NCBI GenBank assembly: GCA_964350815.1
Contig: CAYGKW010000001.1
Location: forward strand, 92,120 to 156,119
DNA: 64,000 nt
Origin: an uncultured Rhizobiaceae bacterium
GTDB lineage: Bacteria > Pseudomonadota > Alphaproteobacteria > UBA7879 > VGCX01
Direction: 5' to 3'
Part shown: piece by piece, positions 10,400-20,556 of the stretch
Numbering within the stretch: position 1 is the first letter of the stretch
How the letters are laid out: the number at the start of each line of letters is the position of its first letter
Made by a program: the position numbers and the translations under genes
The notes under the pieces: model-generated
Told to the model about the DNA's origin: nothing
Databases searched by the model: none
Seen by the model: the letters and a program-made list of their open reading frames with translations, nothing else

Positions 10400-12566
10400 T
10401 AAAATATACAGCTTGTTTAACCTTCCGACTTTTCGACGTCGGGTTTCTTACTTCCTTGTCTTTAGTGCAATCCTTCTTGCCGCCCTAACTTTCACAAACG
10501 TAGGAAGAATAAATAATTTTGAACTGGGATCACGTTATCTTCTTGTAATACTATCCTTAGATGTCATTGTTTTTTTATTGCTGTGCATACTAATTGCCAG
10601 AAAAATTATTGCCACTTGGGTACAACGCAAAGGCAGTATTACTGCATCCCGATTGCATGTAAGGTTCACTGTTTTCTTTTCTTCAATTGTTGCAATTCCA
10701 TCAATTATAATGACAATTCTAACCGTTCTTTTTGTCCATTATGGATTACAGGACTGGTTCAGTGAACGTGTGAAAACAGCCTTAAATGAAGCTGTCTTAG
10801 TTTCGAATTCTTACCTTGAAGAACACCAAACTTTGGTTGGCCGCGATGCCATTTTAATGGGCCAAGATTTAAGGGAAAACCTACCAAGATTAATTAATAA
10901 CAGGGAAGAGTTTGATAAGTTTTTAACCCTTGTTACAAATTTAAGATCTTTATCAGAAGCCATTGTTTTTGACGAAGAACATAATGTGATTGCAAAAACA
11001 CACCTTACCTTTGCCCTTGAATTTGAACCTGTTCCTTCTTCTGCTGTTGAACGTGCAAATAGGGGTGAGCCCGCAATTTTAAGCAGTGAATATCATGACC
11101 GTGTTCGTGCCCTTATTCAAATCACAGAAAAACCAAACTTGTATTTATTTGTGGGACGTCCGGTTGATCCCGATGTTCTGCAGCATCAAAAAAAATCACA
11201 AGATGTTGCCAGTGAATATATTAATTTGGAAAACAAGCGCCTTGGTTTTGAAGCCATTGTTATTCTTTTGTTTGCATTGGTTGCCTTCATGTTACTGTTG
11301 GGTGCAATCTGGATTGGTCTTATTTTATCCGATCAAATAAGTCGGCCGATTATTTCTTTGATTGAGGCAGCTGAAAAAATTCGTAAAGGAAAATTGGATG
11401 TCTTTGTTAAAGAAGAAGAAAGAAAAGATGAACTTGGCTTGCTTACAAAAACTTTTAATCGAATGGTTCGCGATTTAAAAAATAACCAGCAAGCCTTAAT
11501 AGATGTTAATCAAAAATTGGATGATCGTCGCAGATTTATCGAAGCCACAATGGCGGGTGTTTCTGCAGGTGTTTTAGGATTGGACAAAACCAGAAAGTTG
11601 AACTTTTATAATAATAAAGCAGATGAACTTTTACATGGAAATCTGCACGGAAAATATCAAAAAAATATTACAAAAATCATTCCTAATTTGAATGAGATGT
11701 TAGATTTGGCCCAATGCACACCAAGAAAAGTTATAGAAGATGAAATCAGTATTTCACATCCAAAACATTCTATATCAACTTTTAGTATCCATGTGATTGC
11801 AGATGAACAACCTGATGGAGATTTAAGTTATGTTGTTACACTTGATGATATTACTGATCTTATATCCGCACAAAAACAAGCGGCCTGGTCAGATGTTGCA
11901 CGTCGTGTGGCCCATGAAGTAAAAAACCCATTAACACCAATTCAACTGGCAGCAGAAAGATTAAAAAGAAAATACGGTCCCCAAATTAAAGATTCACCCG
12001 AAGTGTTTAATGACTGTATTGATAATATTTCCAGACAAGTTGAATACCTTAAAAATTTAATTTCAGAATTTTCATCTTTTGCACGTTTACCAAATCCAAC
12101 CCTTAAAAAGCAGAATATAGTGGACCTATATAAACAAGCTGTGATGTTACAAAAAACAGGATTTAGTGATATTGAATTTAATATTTTAAATTCTCATGAC
12201 TCAATAGATATTGACTGTGATGAAAAACTTTTATTCCAGGCTTTTACAAACTTAATCAAAAATGCCATTGAATCCATTCAATCAAATATTGAAAAAAAGA
12301 AAATTAAAAAAGGAAAACTGAATATTGAATTAACAAAAGGCAAAGAAACGGTCACAATAAAGTTAATTGATAATGGTCTAGGGTTTGAATTTTCTGCTTC
12401 AAAAAACTTTTTTGACCCTTACGTCAGCAATAAAACTTCTGGTACGGGATTGGGGCTTTCTATTGTTAAAAAGATTATTGAAGACCATAAGGGCCAAATT
12501 ACACTTTCAAATAATAAAAACACTCCTGGCGCCTGTATAAAAATCGTTTTCCCCCTTTCCAAATAA
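10374..12566 (+). CDS. ntrY: Sensor histidine kinase NtrY
   Basis: N-terminal multi-TM region, HAMP (KGKLDVFVKEEERKDELGLLTKTFNRMVRDL), PAS, HisKA H-box HEVKNPLTPI and ATPase G-boxes DNGLGF and GTGLGLSIV. Immediately upstream of the ntrX-type regulator. Confidence 0.85.
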   Translation: MLNIKTLINKIYSLFNLPTFRRRVSYFLVFSAILLAALTFTNVGRINNFELGSRYLLVILSLDVIVFLLLCILIARKIIATWVQRKGSITASRLHVRFTVFFSSIVAIPSIIMTILTVLFVHYGLQDWFSERVKTALNEAVLVSNSYLEEHQTLVGRDAILMGQDLRENLPRLINNREEFDKFLTLVTNLRSLSEAIVFDEEHNVIAKTHLTFALEFEPVPSSAVERANRGEPAILSSEYHDRVRALIQITEKPNLYLFVGRPVDPDVLQHQKKSQDVASEYINLENKRLGFEAIVILLFALVAFMLLLGAIWIGLILSDQISRPIISLIEAAEKIRKGKLDVFVKEEERKDELGLLTKTFNRMVRDLKNNQQALIDVNQKLDDRRRFIEATMAGVSAGVLGLDKTRKLNFYNNKADELLHGNLHGKYQKNITKIIPNLNEMLDLAQCTPRKVIEDEISISHPKHSISTFSIHVIADEQPDGDLSYVVTLDDITDLISAQKQAAWSDVARRVAHEVKNPLTPIQLAAERLKRKYGPQIKDSPEVFNDCIDNISRQVEYLKNLISEFSSFARLPNPTLKKQNIVDLYKQAVMLQKTGFSDIEFNILNSHDSIDIDCDEKLLFQAFTNLIKNAIESIQSNIEKKKIKKGKLNIELTKGKETVTIKLIDNGLGFEFSASKNFFDPYVSNKTSGTGLGLSIVKKIIEDHKGQITLSNNKNTPGACIKIVFPLSK

Positions 12567-12614
12567 CATTTTGTGGTGTAGGATGAACACACAATTGTTG
12601 CAGAATTATTACAC

Positions 12615-14009
12615 ATGAAACATGACATACTTATAGTAGACGACCAAAAAGATATTCGAAATCTTTTATCAAGCATCCTTCAAGATGAAGGGTACCACAC
12701 GCGTGAGGCTGAAAACAGCCATCAGGCCCTTGAGGCAATTAAGACCAATAGACCCCATCTTGTTATTATGGACATTTGGTTAAACGACAGCCGATTTGAT
12801 GGTATTGAAATTCTTGATATCATAAAGCAAGAACATCCAAACCTGCCTGTTATAATGATAAGTGGACACGGCAATATTGAAACGGCCGTAAATACCTTGA
12901 AAAAAGGGGCTTATGATTTTATCGAAAAACCTTTTCAAACAGACCGTTTATTAAGTATTGTCGCCCGCGCAATTGAATTATTCCAGATGTCAGAGGAACT
13001 TTTGGAACTTCGATTAAAAAATGAAGTTGTTACAGAATTACATGGCAATTCATCAAAAGTTGTTTCTTTAAAACAAAACATTGAAAAGATTTCAAAAACA
13101 AACAGTCGCGTTATGATTCAAGGAGAATCTGGATCAGGGAAAGAAGTTGCCGCCCGTTTAATCCACCACTTATCTGATCGCCAGAAAGAACCTTTTGTGG
13201 TTTTTAATTGTGCTGGCATTGAAACAAGCAATTTTGAAGAAGAATTATTTGGGTCTGAAAAAAAAGCAGGCACCCCTGAAGTACTGATTAAAATGGGTGT
13301 TTTGGAAAAAGCCACTGCCGGAACTTTGTATTTAGATTGTATCGCCGATATTCCGTATGAAGTTCAAGGAAAACTTGTACGCATATTACAAGAAAACAAG
13401 TTTTTCCGTGTCGGGGGTAGCAAGCAAATAAAGTCTGATGTGCGCATCATTTCTTCCACGAACTTAGACCTAAATTCTTTAATAAAAGAAGGCAAGTTCA
13501 GGGAAGATTTATACTATCGTTTAAACGTTGTTCCTGTTTCAATCCCTTCATTATCCCAAAGACGTGAAGACATTGAACCTTTAACAAATCATTTCTTAAA
13601 TCAAGTATCCGAACAGCATAGTTTTACTAAAAAAACCATGGCAGATGAAACCATTCATGCCCTAGAAGGGTATAGTTGGCCAGGAAATGTCAGACAGTTA
13701 AAAAATGTTATTGAATGGGTTTTGATAATGAATCCAAATGCCTCTGTCATAACACCTGAAATGTTGCCTGTTGAAATCACCAAAGCACAAGCCACGATCA
13801 TACCTGATCCCAGTAAAAACTTTGTTAACCTTCCATTACGTGAAGCCCGCGAAGAATTTGAAAAGAAATATTTAAGTTTTCATATTGATCGCTTTAATGG
13901 TAATATTACAAAGACAGCAAATGCTGTTGGCATGGAAAGAACCGCCCTGCACCGCAAAATAAAAACATTGAATTTAAGCGGTATAGAAAACGAAAAAATT
14001 GAAAATTAG
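12615..14009 (+). CDS. ntrX: Sigma-54-interaction-domain response regulator NtrX
   Basis: Receiver domain (ILIVDDQ...DIWL). AAA+ domain with GESGSGKE Walker A but without a GAFTGA loop (ELFGSEKKAGT), as is characteristic of NtrX. C-terminal Fis-type HTH. Confidence 0.85.
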   Translation: MKHDILIVDDQKDIRNLLSSILQDEGYHTREAENSHQALEAIKTNRPHLVIMDIWLNDSRFDGIEILDIIKQEHPNLPVIMISGHGNIETAVNTLKKGAYDFIEKPFQTDRLLSIVARAIELFQMSEELLELRLKNEVVTELHGNSSKVVSLKQNIEKISKTNSRVMIQGESGSGKEVAARLIHHLSDRQKEPFVVFNCAGIETSNFEEELFGSEKKAGTPEVLIKMGVLEKATAGTLYLDCIADIPYEVQGKLVRILQENKFFRVGGSKQIKSDVRIISSTNLDLNSLIKEGKFREDLYYRLNVVPVSIPSLSQRREDIEPLTNHFLNQVSEQHSFTKKTMADETIHALEGYSWPGNVRQLKNVIEWVLIMNPNASVITPEMLPVEITKAQATIIPDPSKNFVNLPLREAREEFEKKYLSFHIDRFNGNITKTANAVGMERTALHRKIKTLNLSGIENEKIEN

Positions 14010-14018
14010 CATAAATAT

Positions 14019-15380
14019 ATGAAAGCAATTATATATGGGGCAGGACAGATTGGTTATAATATAGCCGCCTATCTATCTGCAGAAGAAAACGATATCGTTG
14101 TTATTGACGAATCTGCGGAACTTGTCAATAAAGTCAACGAAAATCTTGATGTCCAAGCCGTTCAAGGGTTTGGATCGTACCCTGACTTATTAGAAAAAGT
14201 TGGCGCCAACAAAGCAGACCTGATGATTGCTGTCACACCTTGTGATGAATATAATATTATTGCCTGTCAGGTGGCTTATTCCATTTTCAAAATACCCACC
14301 AAAATTGCGCATATCCGTGGGGCACATTATTTAAACCCAGCATGGCAACATATATATAACCCTGACAATATTCCTGTTGATTATATTATTTCCCCAGAAA
14401 AAGAAGTTGCAAAAAACCTTGTTACAAATCTAGAAGTTCCAGGCGCCATTGAAGTTGTAAATTTAGAAACAGATCTTTGTACAGTTGTAGGTTTATACTG
14501 CAGAGAATCTTGCCCCATTGTTAATACCCCTTTAAAGCAAGTTGGGGAATTATTTCCAAATCTAAATTTCAGGGTTTTATGTATTGTCCGCGAAGGTGTG
14601 CCTTTAATTCCTGGACCAGACGATCAAATGTTTAAAGGCGATGAAGTATACGTTGCCATTGAACAAGAAAAGTTACCAAGATTAACCACTTTGTTTGGTT
14701 TGCAAACAGCCCCCCTTGAAAAAGCAATTATCGTTGGTGCCGGGAATGTGGGAATGGCACTTGCAAATGAATTGCTTTCTAAAATGCCTGACCTTGATTT
14801 GAAAATTTTAGAACAAGATGAACAGAAAGCCCAAACAGCGGCCCAAATGATTGAAGATGCCGTTGTCATTCATGGGGATGCCTTGGATGCAAACCGGTTA
14901 AAAGAGGCAAATGTCACAACGACTGACATGGTTCTATCTGTCATGAATAATGATGAATCAAATGTTCTTTGTTCTTTATTAAGTAAAAACTTAGGGGCAA
15001 AGTATGTAATGTCGCTTGTGAATAACGCCACATATCCCAAATTTTTATTATCTTTGGGCGTTGATTCTGTATTGAATCCTGGCGCTGTGACAATGTCACA
15101 TATTTTAAAACATGTTCGACGAAGTGACATTCGTTCCTTGCACGTAATGCAAGGTGACTTTGGGGAAATTTTTGAATGCGATATTGAGGCAGATTCAAAG
15201 TTAATTGGTGAAAAATTCAGATGCCTGAATGTTTCAGAAAAATCAATTGTTGGGGGCGTTGTCCGATCTGAAGAATTTATTATCCCAAGTTCACAAGACT
15301 TTATCGAAGAAAAAGATCATATTATTTTGTTGGTAAAGCGGGACTTTATTCCAGAAATTGAAAAACTATTTAGGAAATAA
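14019..15380 (+). CDS. trkA: Trk potassium-uptake system protein TrkA (two NAD-binding and TrkA-C modules)
   Basis: MKAIIYGAGQIGYNIA and a second IIVGAGNVGMALA Rossmann motif. About 450 aa, conserved downstream of ntrYX in alphaproteobacteria. Confidence 0.9.
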   Translation: MKAIIYGAGQIGYNIAAYLSAEENDIVVIDESAELVNKVNENLDVQAVQGFGSYPDLLEKVGANKADLMIAVTPCDEYNIIACQVAYSIFKIPTKIAHIRGAHYLNPAWQHIYNPDNIPVDYIISPEKEVAKNLVTNLEVPGAIEVVNLETDLCTVVGLYCRESCPIVNTPLKQVGELFPNLNFRVLCIVREGVPLIPGPDDQMFKGDEVYVAIEQEKLPRLTTLFGLQTAPLEKAIIVGAGNVGMALANELLSKMPDLDLKILEQDEQKAQTAAQMIEDAVVIHGDALDANRLKEANVTTTDMVLSVMNNDESNVLCSLLSKNLGAKYVMSLVNNATYPKFLLSLGVDSVLNPGAVTMSHILKHVRRSDIRSLHVMQGDFGEIFECDIEADSKLIGEKFRCLNVSEKSIVGGVVRSEEFIIPSSQDFIEEKDHIILLVKRDFIPEIEKLFRK

Positions 15381-15383
15381 ATA

Positions 15384-16229
15384 ATGTCTAAAATTACTTA
15401 CGTAGATGGTATTTTTGTACCCCACAACCATGCAATGGTTCGCATGGAAGATCGGGGTTATCAATTTGGCGATGGGGTTTACGAAGTTATCTATTTTAAA
15501 AAATCTCACCTGGTGGATATGATCCCCCACATTGAGCGACTTTATCAATCACTGGAATCTATCAAAATAAATTTGGATATTTCCATTCAAAGCATGACTC
15601 TTAAAATCAAAGAATTAATTCGTCATAACAAATATTCAGAAGGGTTTGTATATATACAAGTCACACGCGGTGTCGCCCCACGCGACCATGTATACAAAGA
15701 AGGGTTAAAGCCTGTCTTAACAATGTGCGTGATGAAATTTACATATAGCCATCATGATGGTGTTGAAGTATTCACAGAGCCTGACATCAGATGGCAGCGC
15801 AATGATATCAAAAGCATTTCTTTACTTGGAAATGTTCTTGCAAAAAATTCAGCCGCAAAGCAAAAAGGATTTGAAGCTTGGCTTATTGATGAACAGGGAT
15901 ACATAACCGAAGCCTCGGCCGCAAATTCCTGGATTGTCAATCAACAAGGCACTATCATCACAACCCCCTGCAGCGAACGTATTTTAAAAGGGATCACCCG
16001 ACAACGTCTTCTTAAAATTATGGATGATAATGGTATTAAATATGAAGAACGTAAATTCACAGAAACTGAAGCTTTTGAAGCCTCCGAAGCTTTCTTAACA
16101 AGTTCCACCAAAGCTGTTGTTCCTGTCATTAAAATAAATGGGAAAAAAGTTGGTAAAGGAAACGTTGGCCCAGTCGTCAAAAAATTACAAGATTTGTATT
16201 TAAATTTTGTCGACAGCAAACTAAATTAA
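15384..16229 (+). CDS. dat: Class IV aminotransferase (D-amino-acid / branched-chain aminotransferase family)
   Basis: RGYQFGDGVYEV and EASAANSWIV motifs of PLP fold-type IV; 281 aa. Confidence 0.8.
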   Translation: MSKITYVDGIFVPHNHAMVRMEDRGYQFGDGVYEVIYFKKSHLVDMIPHIERLYQSLESIKINLDISIQSMTLKIKELIRHNKYSEGFVYIQVTRGVAPRDHVYKEGLKPVLTMCVMKFTYSHHDGVEVFTEPDIRWQRNDIKSISLLGNVLAKNSAAKQKGFEAWLIDEQGYITEASAANSWIVNQQGTIITTPCSERILKGITRQRLLKIMDDNGIKYEERKFTETEAFEASEAFLTSSTKAVVPVIKINGKKVGKGNVGPVVKKLQDLYLNFVDSKLN

Positions 16230-16240
16230 AGTAAGAAAAG

Positions 16241-17290
16241 ATGAAATTTTTTAACTATTGTAGGGTTCCTATGAAACTTATATTTTTTACACTAATTTTA
16301 ATTAACATATCACATACTGCTTTTGCCGCAGCTGCGGCTACTTCTTTGGCACCAGACTTGGAAGGTGTTGTTACGACAATGACAGAGCTTGAAGAAAGTT
16401 TTGGCGGAAGGGAAGCTGGAAAAAAAATTGATAAGCCTCTTTCTGCAGTTTATATGAGTACTGTAAGCGAAATTCCCGAAGATCCTGAAGAAGGAGTTGA
16501 GTACGAAACAGATGCAGATGGAATAAAGTATAAAATCAGAAGAAAAGAAATTATTCGATCTTATTACCTTCTTCCAGAATTTTTTGAGAGAGTTCAAACA
16601 GCCTACCCTTTTATTCAATATGATCCTGATGCATTTTCAAACCCAGAGGGAATTAGTTCCATGAGTCATAAAGGATTCATTCCGCAAGGAAAAGGTATGC
16701 TTGTTGATAGTTCTGCAGATTACAGCTTATGCACAAATTTTCTTGGAAACTGTGTGGCTATAGCTGCATATAATCCTGAGACTGGTCAACGGTTTTTAGC
16801 ACACGCCCAGTTCCCTGTTTCAACTGAAGTTCTTGAAAATCTTCTAGAGATACTGAGAACACTGTCAAAGGATGATTCTTCTAGCTTAAAGATGCATACA
16901 AGAACTTCTATTCTTACCCCCGGCAATATTTCCTATGTTGAATTTTTAATAAGCCATGGATATGATGTCAAGTTATCTGCGGCAAAAAGATTAATGATAA
17001 AATATGGTTTAGAACAAATTATTGGCCACGAATCTTTTATACCTGAAAGTGGAATGGATCAGCATCGTGCTTTGGCCCTTCGCCCAGATGGGGAAGTTAT
17101 TGAAATGGTTCATGCAGACACAGAACCTTTATTTCCACATATCTGTACAACAGGATGTGACAAACGTCCTGAAGATGTCAGTGAAGAAAATTGGGCTCTA
17201 TATCTTGATGCACACAAGCCTCTGAGCTCATCAGGCAGAATAATCCGCCCAGGTGTTGCCGAATATTCTTTCACAGAAACACTAAATTAA
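16241..17290 (+). CDS. Hypothetical secreted protein with a possible transglutaminase-like Cys motif
   Basis: Signal peptide MKLIFFTLILINISHTAFA. The central motif CTNFLGNCVAIAAYN resembles the G-x-C-x-x-[FA]-A transglutaminase/cysteine-peptidase core, and downstream His and Asp residues are present. This is weak. Confidence 0.45.
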   Translation: MKFFNYCRVPMKLIFFTLILINISHTAFAAAAATSLAPDLEGVVTTMTELEESFGGREAGKKIDKPLSAVYMSTVSEIPEDPEEGVEYETDADGIKYKIRRKEIIRSYYLLPEFFERVQTAYPFIQYDPDAFSNPEGISSMSHKGFIPQGKGMLVDSSADYSLCTNFLGNCVAIAAYNPETGQRFLAHAQFPVSTEVLENLLEILRTLSKDDSSSLKMHTRTSILTPGNISYVEFLISHGYDVKLSAAKRLMIKYGLEQIIGHESFIPESGMDQHRALALRPDGEVIEMVHADTEPLFPHICTTGCDKRPEDVSEENWALYLDAHKPLSSSGRIIRPGVAEYSFTETLN

Positions 17291-19260
17291 ATATCTAGAT
17301 CATCCACAAATTTGGCATTTTCTTGAATGAACTTGAAACGATATTCTGGTTTTTTCCCCATTAACTCGTTCACAAATTTTTCCAAAGTTTCATCCACCAT
17401 GTTTTGGGCATCATTCAAAGAAACCTGCGCCAAAATTCGTGTATCTTTATTCATTGTGGTTTCCTTAAGTTGGGGAGCATTCATTTCACCCAAACCTTTA
17501 AATCGGCTGATATCATATTTTGATCCCGCCTTAAATTCTTTTTTCACAACGGCATCTTTTTCTGCATCCGAATTGACATAGAAAGCTTTCCCGGACTGGG
17601 ATACCTTGTACAAAGGGGGAAGCGCCAAATATAAATGACCATTTTCAATTAACTGACGCATTTCAAAAAAGAAGAAAGTCATCAACAAAGACGCAATGTG
17701 TGCCCCGTCGACATCCGCATCTGTCATGATAATAATACGATCATAACGCAATTTGGATTCATCATACTTATCCCGGCGGCCGCACCCTAAGGCTTGTTCA
17801 AGATTATTTAATTCTTGATTGGCTTGCAGTTTATCAAAAGACGCACTGGCAACATTCAAAACTTTTCCGCGCAATGGCATCACAGCTTGGGTTGCACGAT
17901 CACGTGCTTGCTTGGCTGTCCCACCGGCAGAATCCCCTTCCACAAAAAATATTTCTGTACCTTCAGAAGATTTTTGACTACAGTCCGCCAGCTTGCCAGG
18001 TAACCGTAGACGTTGCGTTGCTGACTTACGATTGGCTTCACGTGATTGTTTTAAACGTTGACGTTCTTCGGCTGCATCAATAATTGTATCCAACAAGGAT
18101 GTCCCAATATTGGGGTTTCTGCTTAACCAATGATCAAAGTGATCCTTAATGGCATTTTCCACCACACGCGTAACATACGTATTTGATAATTTTTCCTTGG
18201 TTTGCCCTTGGAATTGTGGGTCTGTAATAAATATTGAAAGAACAGCTGTCGCCCCCTTCAGAACATCATCTGCTGTGATTTTACTGACTTTTTTATTTTT
18301 AGAAAGTTCTCCAAAATCTTTCAGGCCTTTAACAATTGCTTGTTTAAATCCACTTTCATGTGTCCCCCCTTGACTGGTTGGAACTGTGTTACAGTAAGAT
18401 CGAATAAATTCTTCATAACCCGGTTGCCAGCAAATTGCCCATTCAATTTTGGCCTGGTGTTCTTTTACTTCGACAGTGCCATGAAAAGGTTCTGGTGTAA
18501 TTGATTTTTCCAGATTCACCGTTTGTTCTAAAAAGTCCAACAACCCATTTGGAAAATGAAATTCATCTTCTGTTGGAACTTTTTCTTTTTTCTGACTTTC
18601 AGCGCATTTCCAGGTTATTTTCACCCCACGATACAAATAAGCTTTTGATCGTGCCATCTGATGAAGAACACGTACATTAAACTTTGCATCGCCAAAAATT
18701 TCTGGATCTGGATGAAAATTGATGCTGGACCCTGTTCCCTTTTCTGTTTTGACTTCAGTCAACTTTGTTAAAGGGGCCCCTTTACTGTATTTTTGCTGCC
18801 AAACTTTTCCATCCCGTTTAACGTTGACCTCTAAATGATCTGATAACGCATTAACAACTGAAATACCAACACCATGCAACCCACCTGATGTTTGGTAAGA
18901 TTTATTTGAAAACTTACCCCCAGAGTGTAATGTCGTTAGAATAACTTCCAAAGCTGACTTATCTTTATATTTTGGATGGGCGTCAACAGGAATACCACGG
19001 CCATTATCTGTAATGGTAATTGATCCATCTTCATTGATAATCACTGAAATTGAATCTGCATGTCCAGCGACAGCTTCATCCATAGAGTTATCTAAAACTT
19101 CTGCCACCATATGATGTAAGGCACGGTCATCCGTCCCCCCGATATACATTCCTGGACGCAAACGAACGGGTTCAAGTCCCTCTAAGACCTCAATATCTTT
19201 TGCGGAATATGAATTTTTATTTTGGGTGTTGGTTTTTTTTTCAAATAAATTATTGTCCAT
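17287..19260 (-). CDS. parE: DNA topoisomerase IV subunit B
   Basis: GHKL ATPase motifs (EVLDNSMDEA, DNGRGIP, GLHGVG), Toprim EGDSAGG, and C-terminal PLRGKVLNV...KLRYDRIIIMTDADVDGAHI. About 657 aa, without the long GyrB C-terminal insert, so parE is favoured over gyrB. The start is taken at MDNNLF rather than the 39-aa upstream extension in the ORF track. Confidence 0.8.
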   Translation of the reverse strand: MDNNLFEKKTNTQNKNSYSAKDIEVLEGLEPVRLRPGMYIGGTDDRALHHMVAEVLDNSMDEAVAGHADSISVIINEDGSITITDNGRGIPVDAHPKYKDKSALEVILTTLHSGGKFSNKSYQTSGGLHGVGISVVNALSDHLEVNVKRDGKVWQQKYSKGAPLTKLTEVKTEKGTGSSINFHPDPEIFGDAKFNVRVLHQMARSKAYLYRGVKITWKCAESQKKEKVPTEDEFHFPNGLLDFLEQTVNLEKSITPEPFHGTVEVKEHQAKIEWAICWQPGYEEFIRSYCNTVPTSQGGTHESGFKQAIVKGLKDFGELSKNKKVSKITADDVLKGATAVLSIFITDPQFQGQTKEKLSNTYVTRVVENAIKDHFDHWLSRNPNIGTSLLDTIIDAAEERQRLKQSREANRKSATQRLRLPGKLADCSQKSSEGTEIFFVEGDSAGGTAKQARDRATQAVMPLRGKVLNVASASFDKLQANQELNNLEQALGCGRRDKYDESKLRYDRIIIMTDADVDGAHIASLLMTFFFFEMRQLIENGHLYLALPPLYKVSQSGKAFYVNSDAEKDAVVKKEFKAGSKYDISRFKGLGEMNAPQLKETTMNKDTRILAQVSLNDAQNMVDETLEKFVNELMGKKPEYRFKFIQENAKFVDDLDI

Positions 19261-19344
19261 AGCTGCATTATGCGAAATTCTTTTATGACAAGCAAGCCTA
19301 TTTATTCTTGAATACTTTATTGGATTATACCATGATGATATAAA

Positions 19345-19860
19345 GTGGATATTATGAACAATTTTTATTTTAAACATCTATCAATTTTATTAATTCTTGG
19401 GGTATTTATTGCTTGTTGTTTTTTCTTTGTGGGAAAATTTCAACACTATATTAATCCCAAATCGAAAGAAGGGGCTTTAAGGCATTCTTCTAGGGGGTAT
19501 TCTGACGGATCCCTTCGTCACACCATTGAAAAAAAATTAATTATTTTGCCCATCAAAGGGAATGAATTAGACCCAAAAAACCTGCGCACCATTTTGCACC
19601 AACTTATGGATGATCATTTTCATGCAAGGGGCAATAATTTACCTATTAATCAAGAGTCTATTGAATGGATGGCCCGACTGCCAAGTGACCATGCTATGTC
19701 TATGTTGCAAATTTTAAGCCATACATCCCCTGTAGACTGGCAAGAGCAAGTTGTTTCACTAAGAAACCTTCCCAAATATGAACAACAACGTGCCTTAAAA
19801 ATTAATCGCTACAACAGCAATGTTTATGACTGTTCTGACCCAACAGAGTGTCGGGGTTAG
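19345..19860 (+). CDS. Hypothetical membrane-anchored protein upstream of ompR
   Basis: One N-terminal TM helix (LSILLILGVFIACCFFFV) and a hydrophilic C-terminal domain. No motif recognised. Possibly co-transcribed with ompR–envZ. Confidence 0.4.
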   Translation: MDIMNNFYFKHLSILLILGVFIACCFFFVGKFQHYINPKSKEGALRHSSRGYSDGSLRHTIEKKLIILPIKGNELDPKNLRTILHQLMDDHFHARGNNLPINQESIEWMARLPSDHAMSMLQILSHTSPVDWQEQVVSLRNLPKYEQQRALKINRYNSNVYDCSDPTECRG

Positions 19861-19863
19861 AAG

Positions 19864-20556
19864 ATGATCACGGAACAAAACTTTCACTTATTAATTGTTG
19901 ATGATGATGAGCGGCTTCGCGAACTTTTATCGAAGTATTTGTCAGAAAATGGGTTTGAAGTTACCTTGGCGGATAGTGCTTTTTCTGCACGAAAAATAAT
20001 GGGGACATTCCAATTTGACCTTATTATTTTAGACGTCATGATGCCTGGAGAAACAGGTATGGAAATGACAAAAAGCTTAAAATCTGAAAATTTTGAAACC
20101 CCTATCTTGATGTTAACAGCAATGGGTGATGTTGATAATCGTATTATGGGCCTTGAATTGGGGGCAGACGAATATCTTGCAAAACCTTTTGAACCCAAAG
20201 AGTTGTTGTTAAGAATCAATGCCATTCTTCGAAGGATTAATAGCAAGAAAAATTCCCATGAAAGTGAAATCCAAATTGGCATGTTTCACTTTAACCCATC
20301 AAAAAAAGCGTTAAGAAAAGGAAGCGAATCCATTTCTTTAACAACCACTGAATCCAATATGTTAAAAGTTCTGGTTGATCATATTGGGCAAGAAATTTCA
20401 AGGGAACACCTTATGGAATTAATTGGCGTTCAAACAACCACAAGAACAATTGATGTTCAAATCACCCGACTAAGGAAAAAATTGGAGCAAGATCCAAAAA
20501 AACCAAAGTTTCTTCAAACGATCCGTAATAAGGGTTATGTTTTATGGGCAAGCTAA
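19864..20556 (+). CDS. ompR: OmpR-family two-component response regulator
   Basis: Receiver domain (LLIVDDDERLRELL...DLIILDVMMPG) and winged-helix C-terminus (RTIDVQITRLRKKLE...IRNKGYVL). Confidence 0.9.
   Translation: MITEQNFHLLIVDDDERLRELLSKYLSENGFEVTLADSAFSARKIMGTFQFDLIILDVMMPGETGMEMTKSLKSENFETPILMLTAMGDVDNRIMGLELGADEYLAKPFEPKELLLRINAILRRINSKKNSHESEIQIGMFHFNPSKKALRKGSESISLTTTESNMLKVLVDHIGQEISREHLMELIGVQTTTRTIDVQITRLRKKLEQDPKKPKFLQTIRNKGYVLWAS

Noticed and set aside
19261-19377. 39-codon N-terminal extension of the parE ORF (MFKIKIVHNIHFISSWY...)
   Set aside because: The extension overlaps the start of the divergent/adjacent plus-strand ORF and has no counterpart in ParE/GyrB N-termini. 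The conserved GHKL domain begins shortly after the internal Met at 19260.
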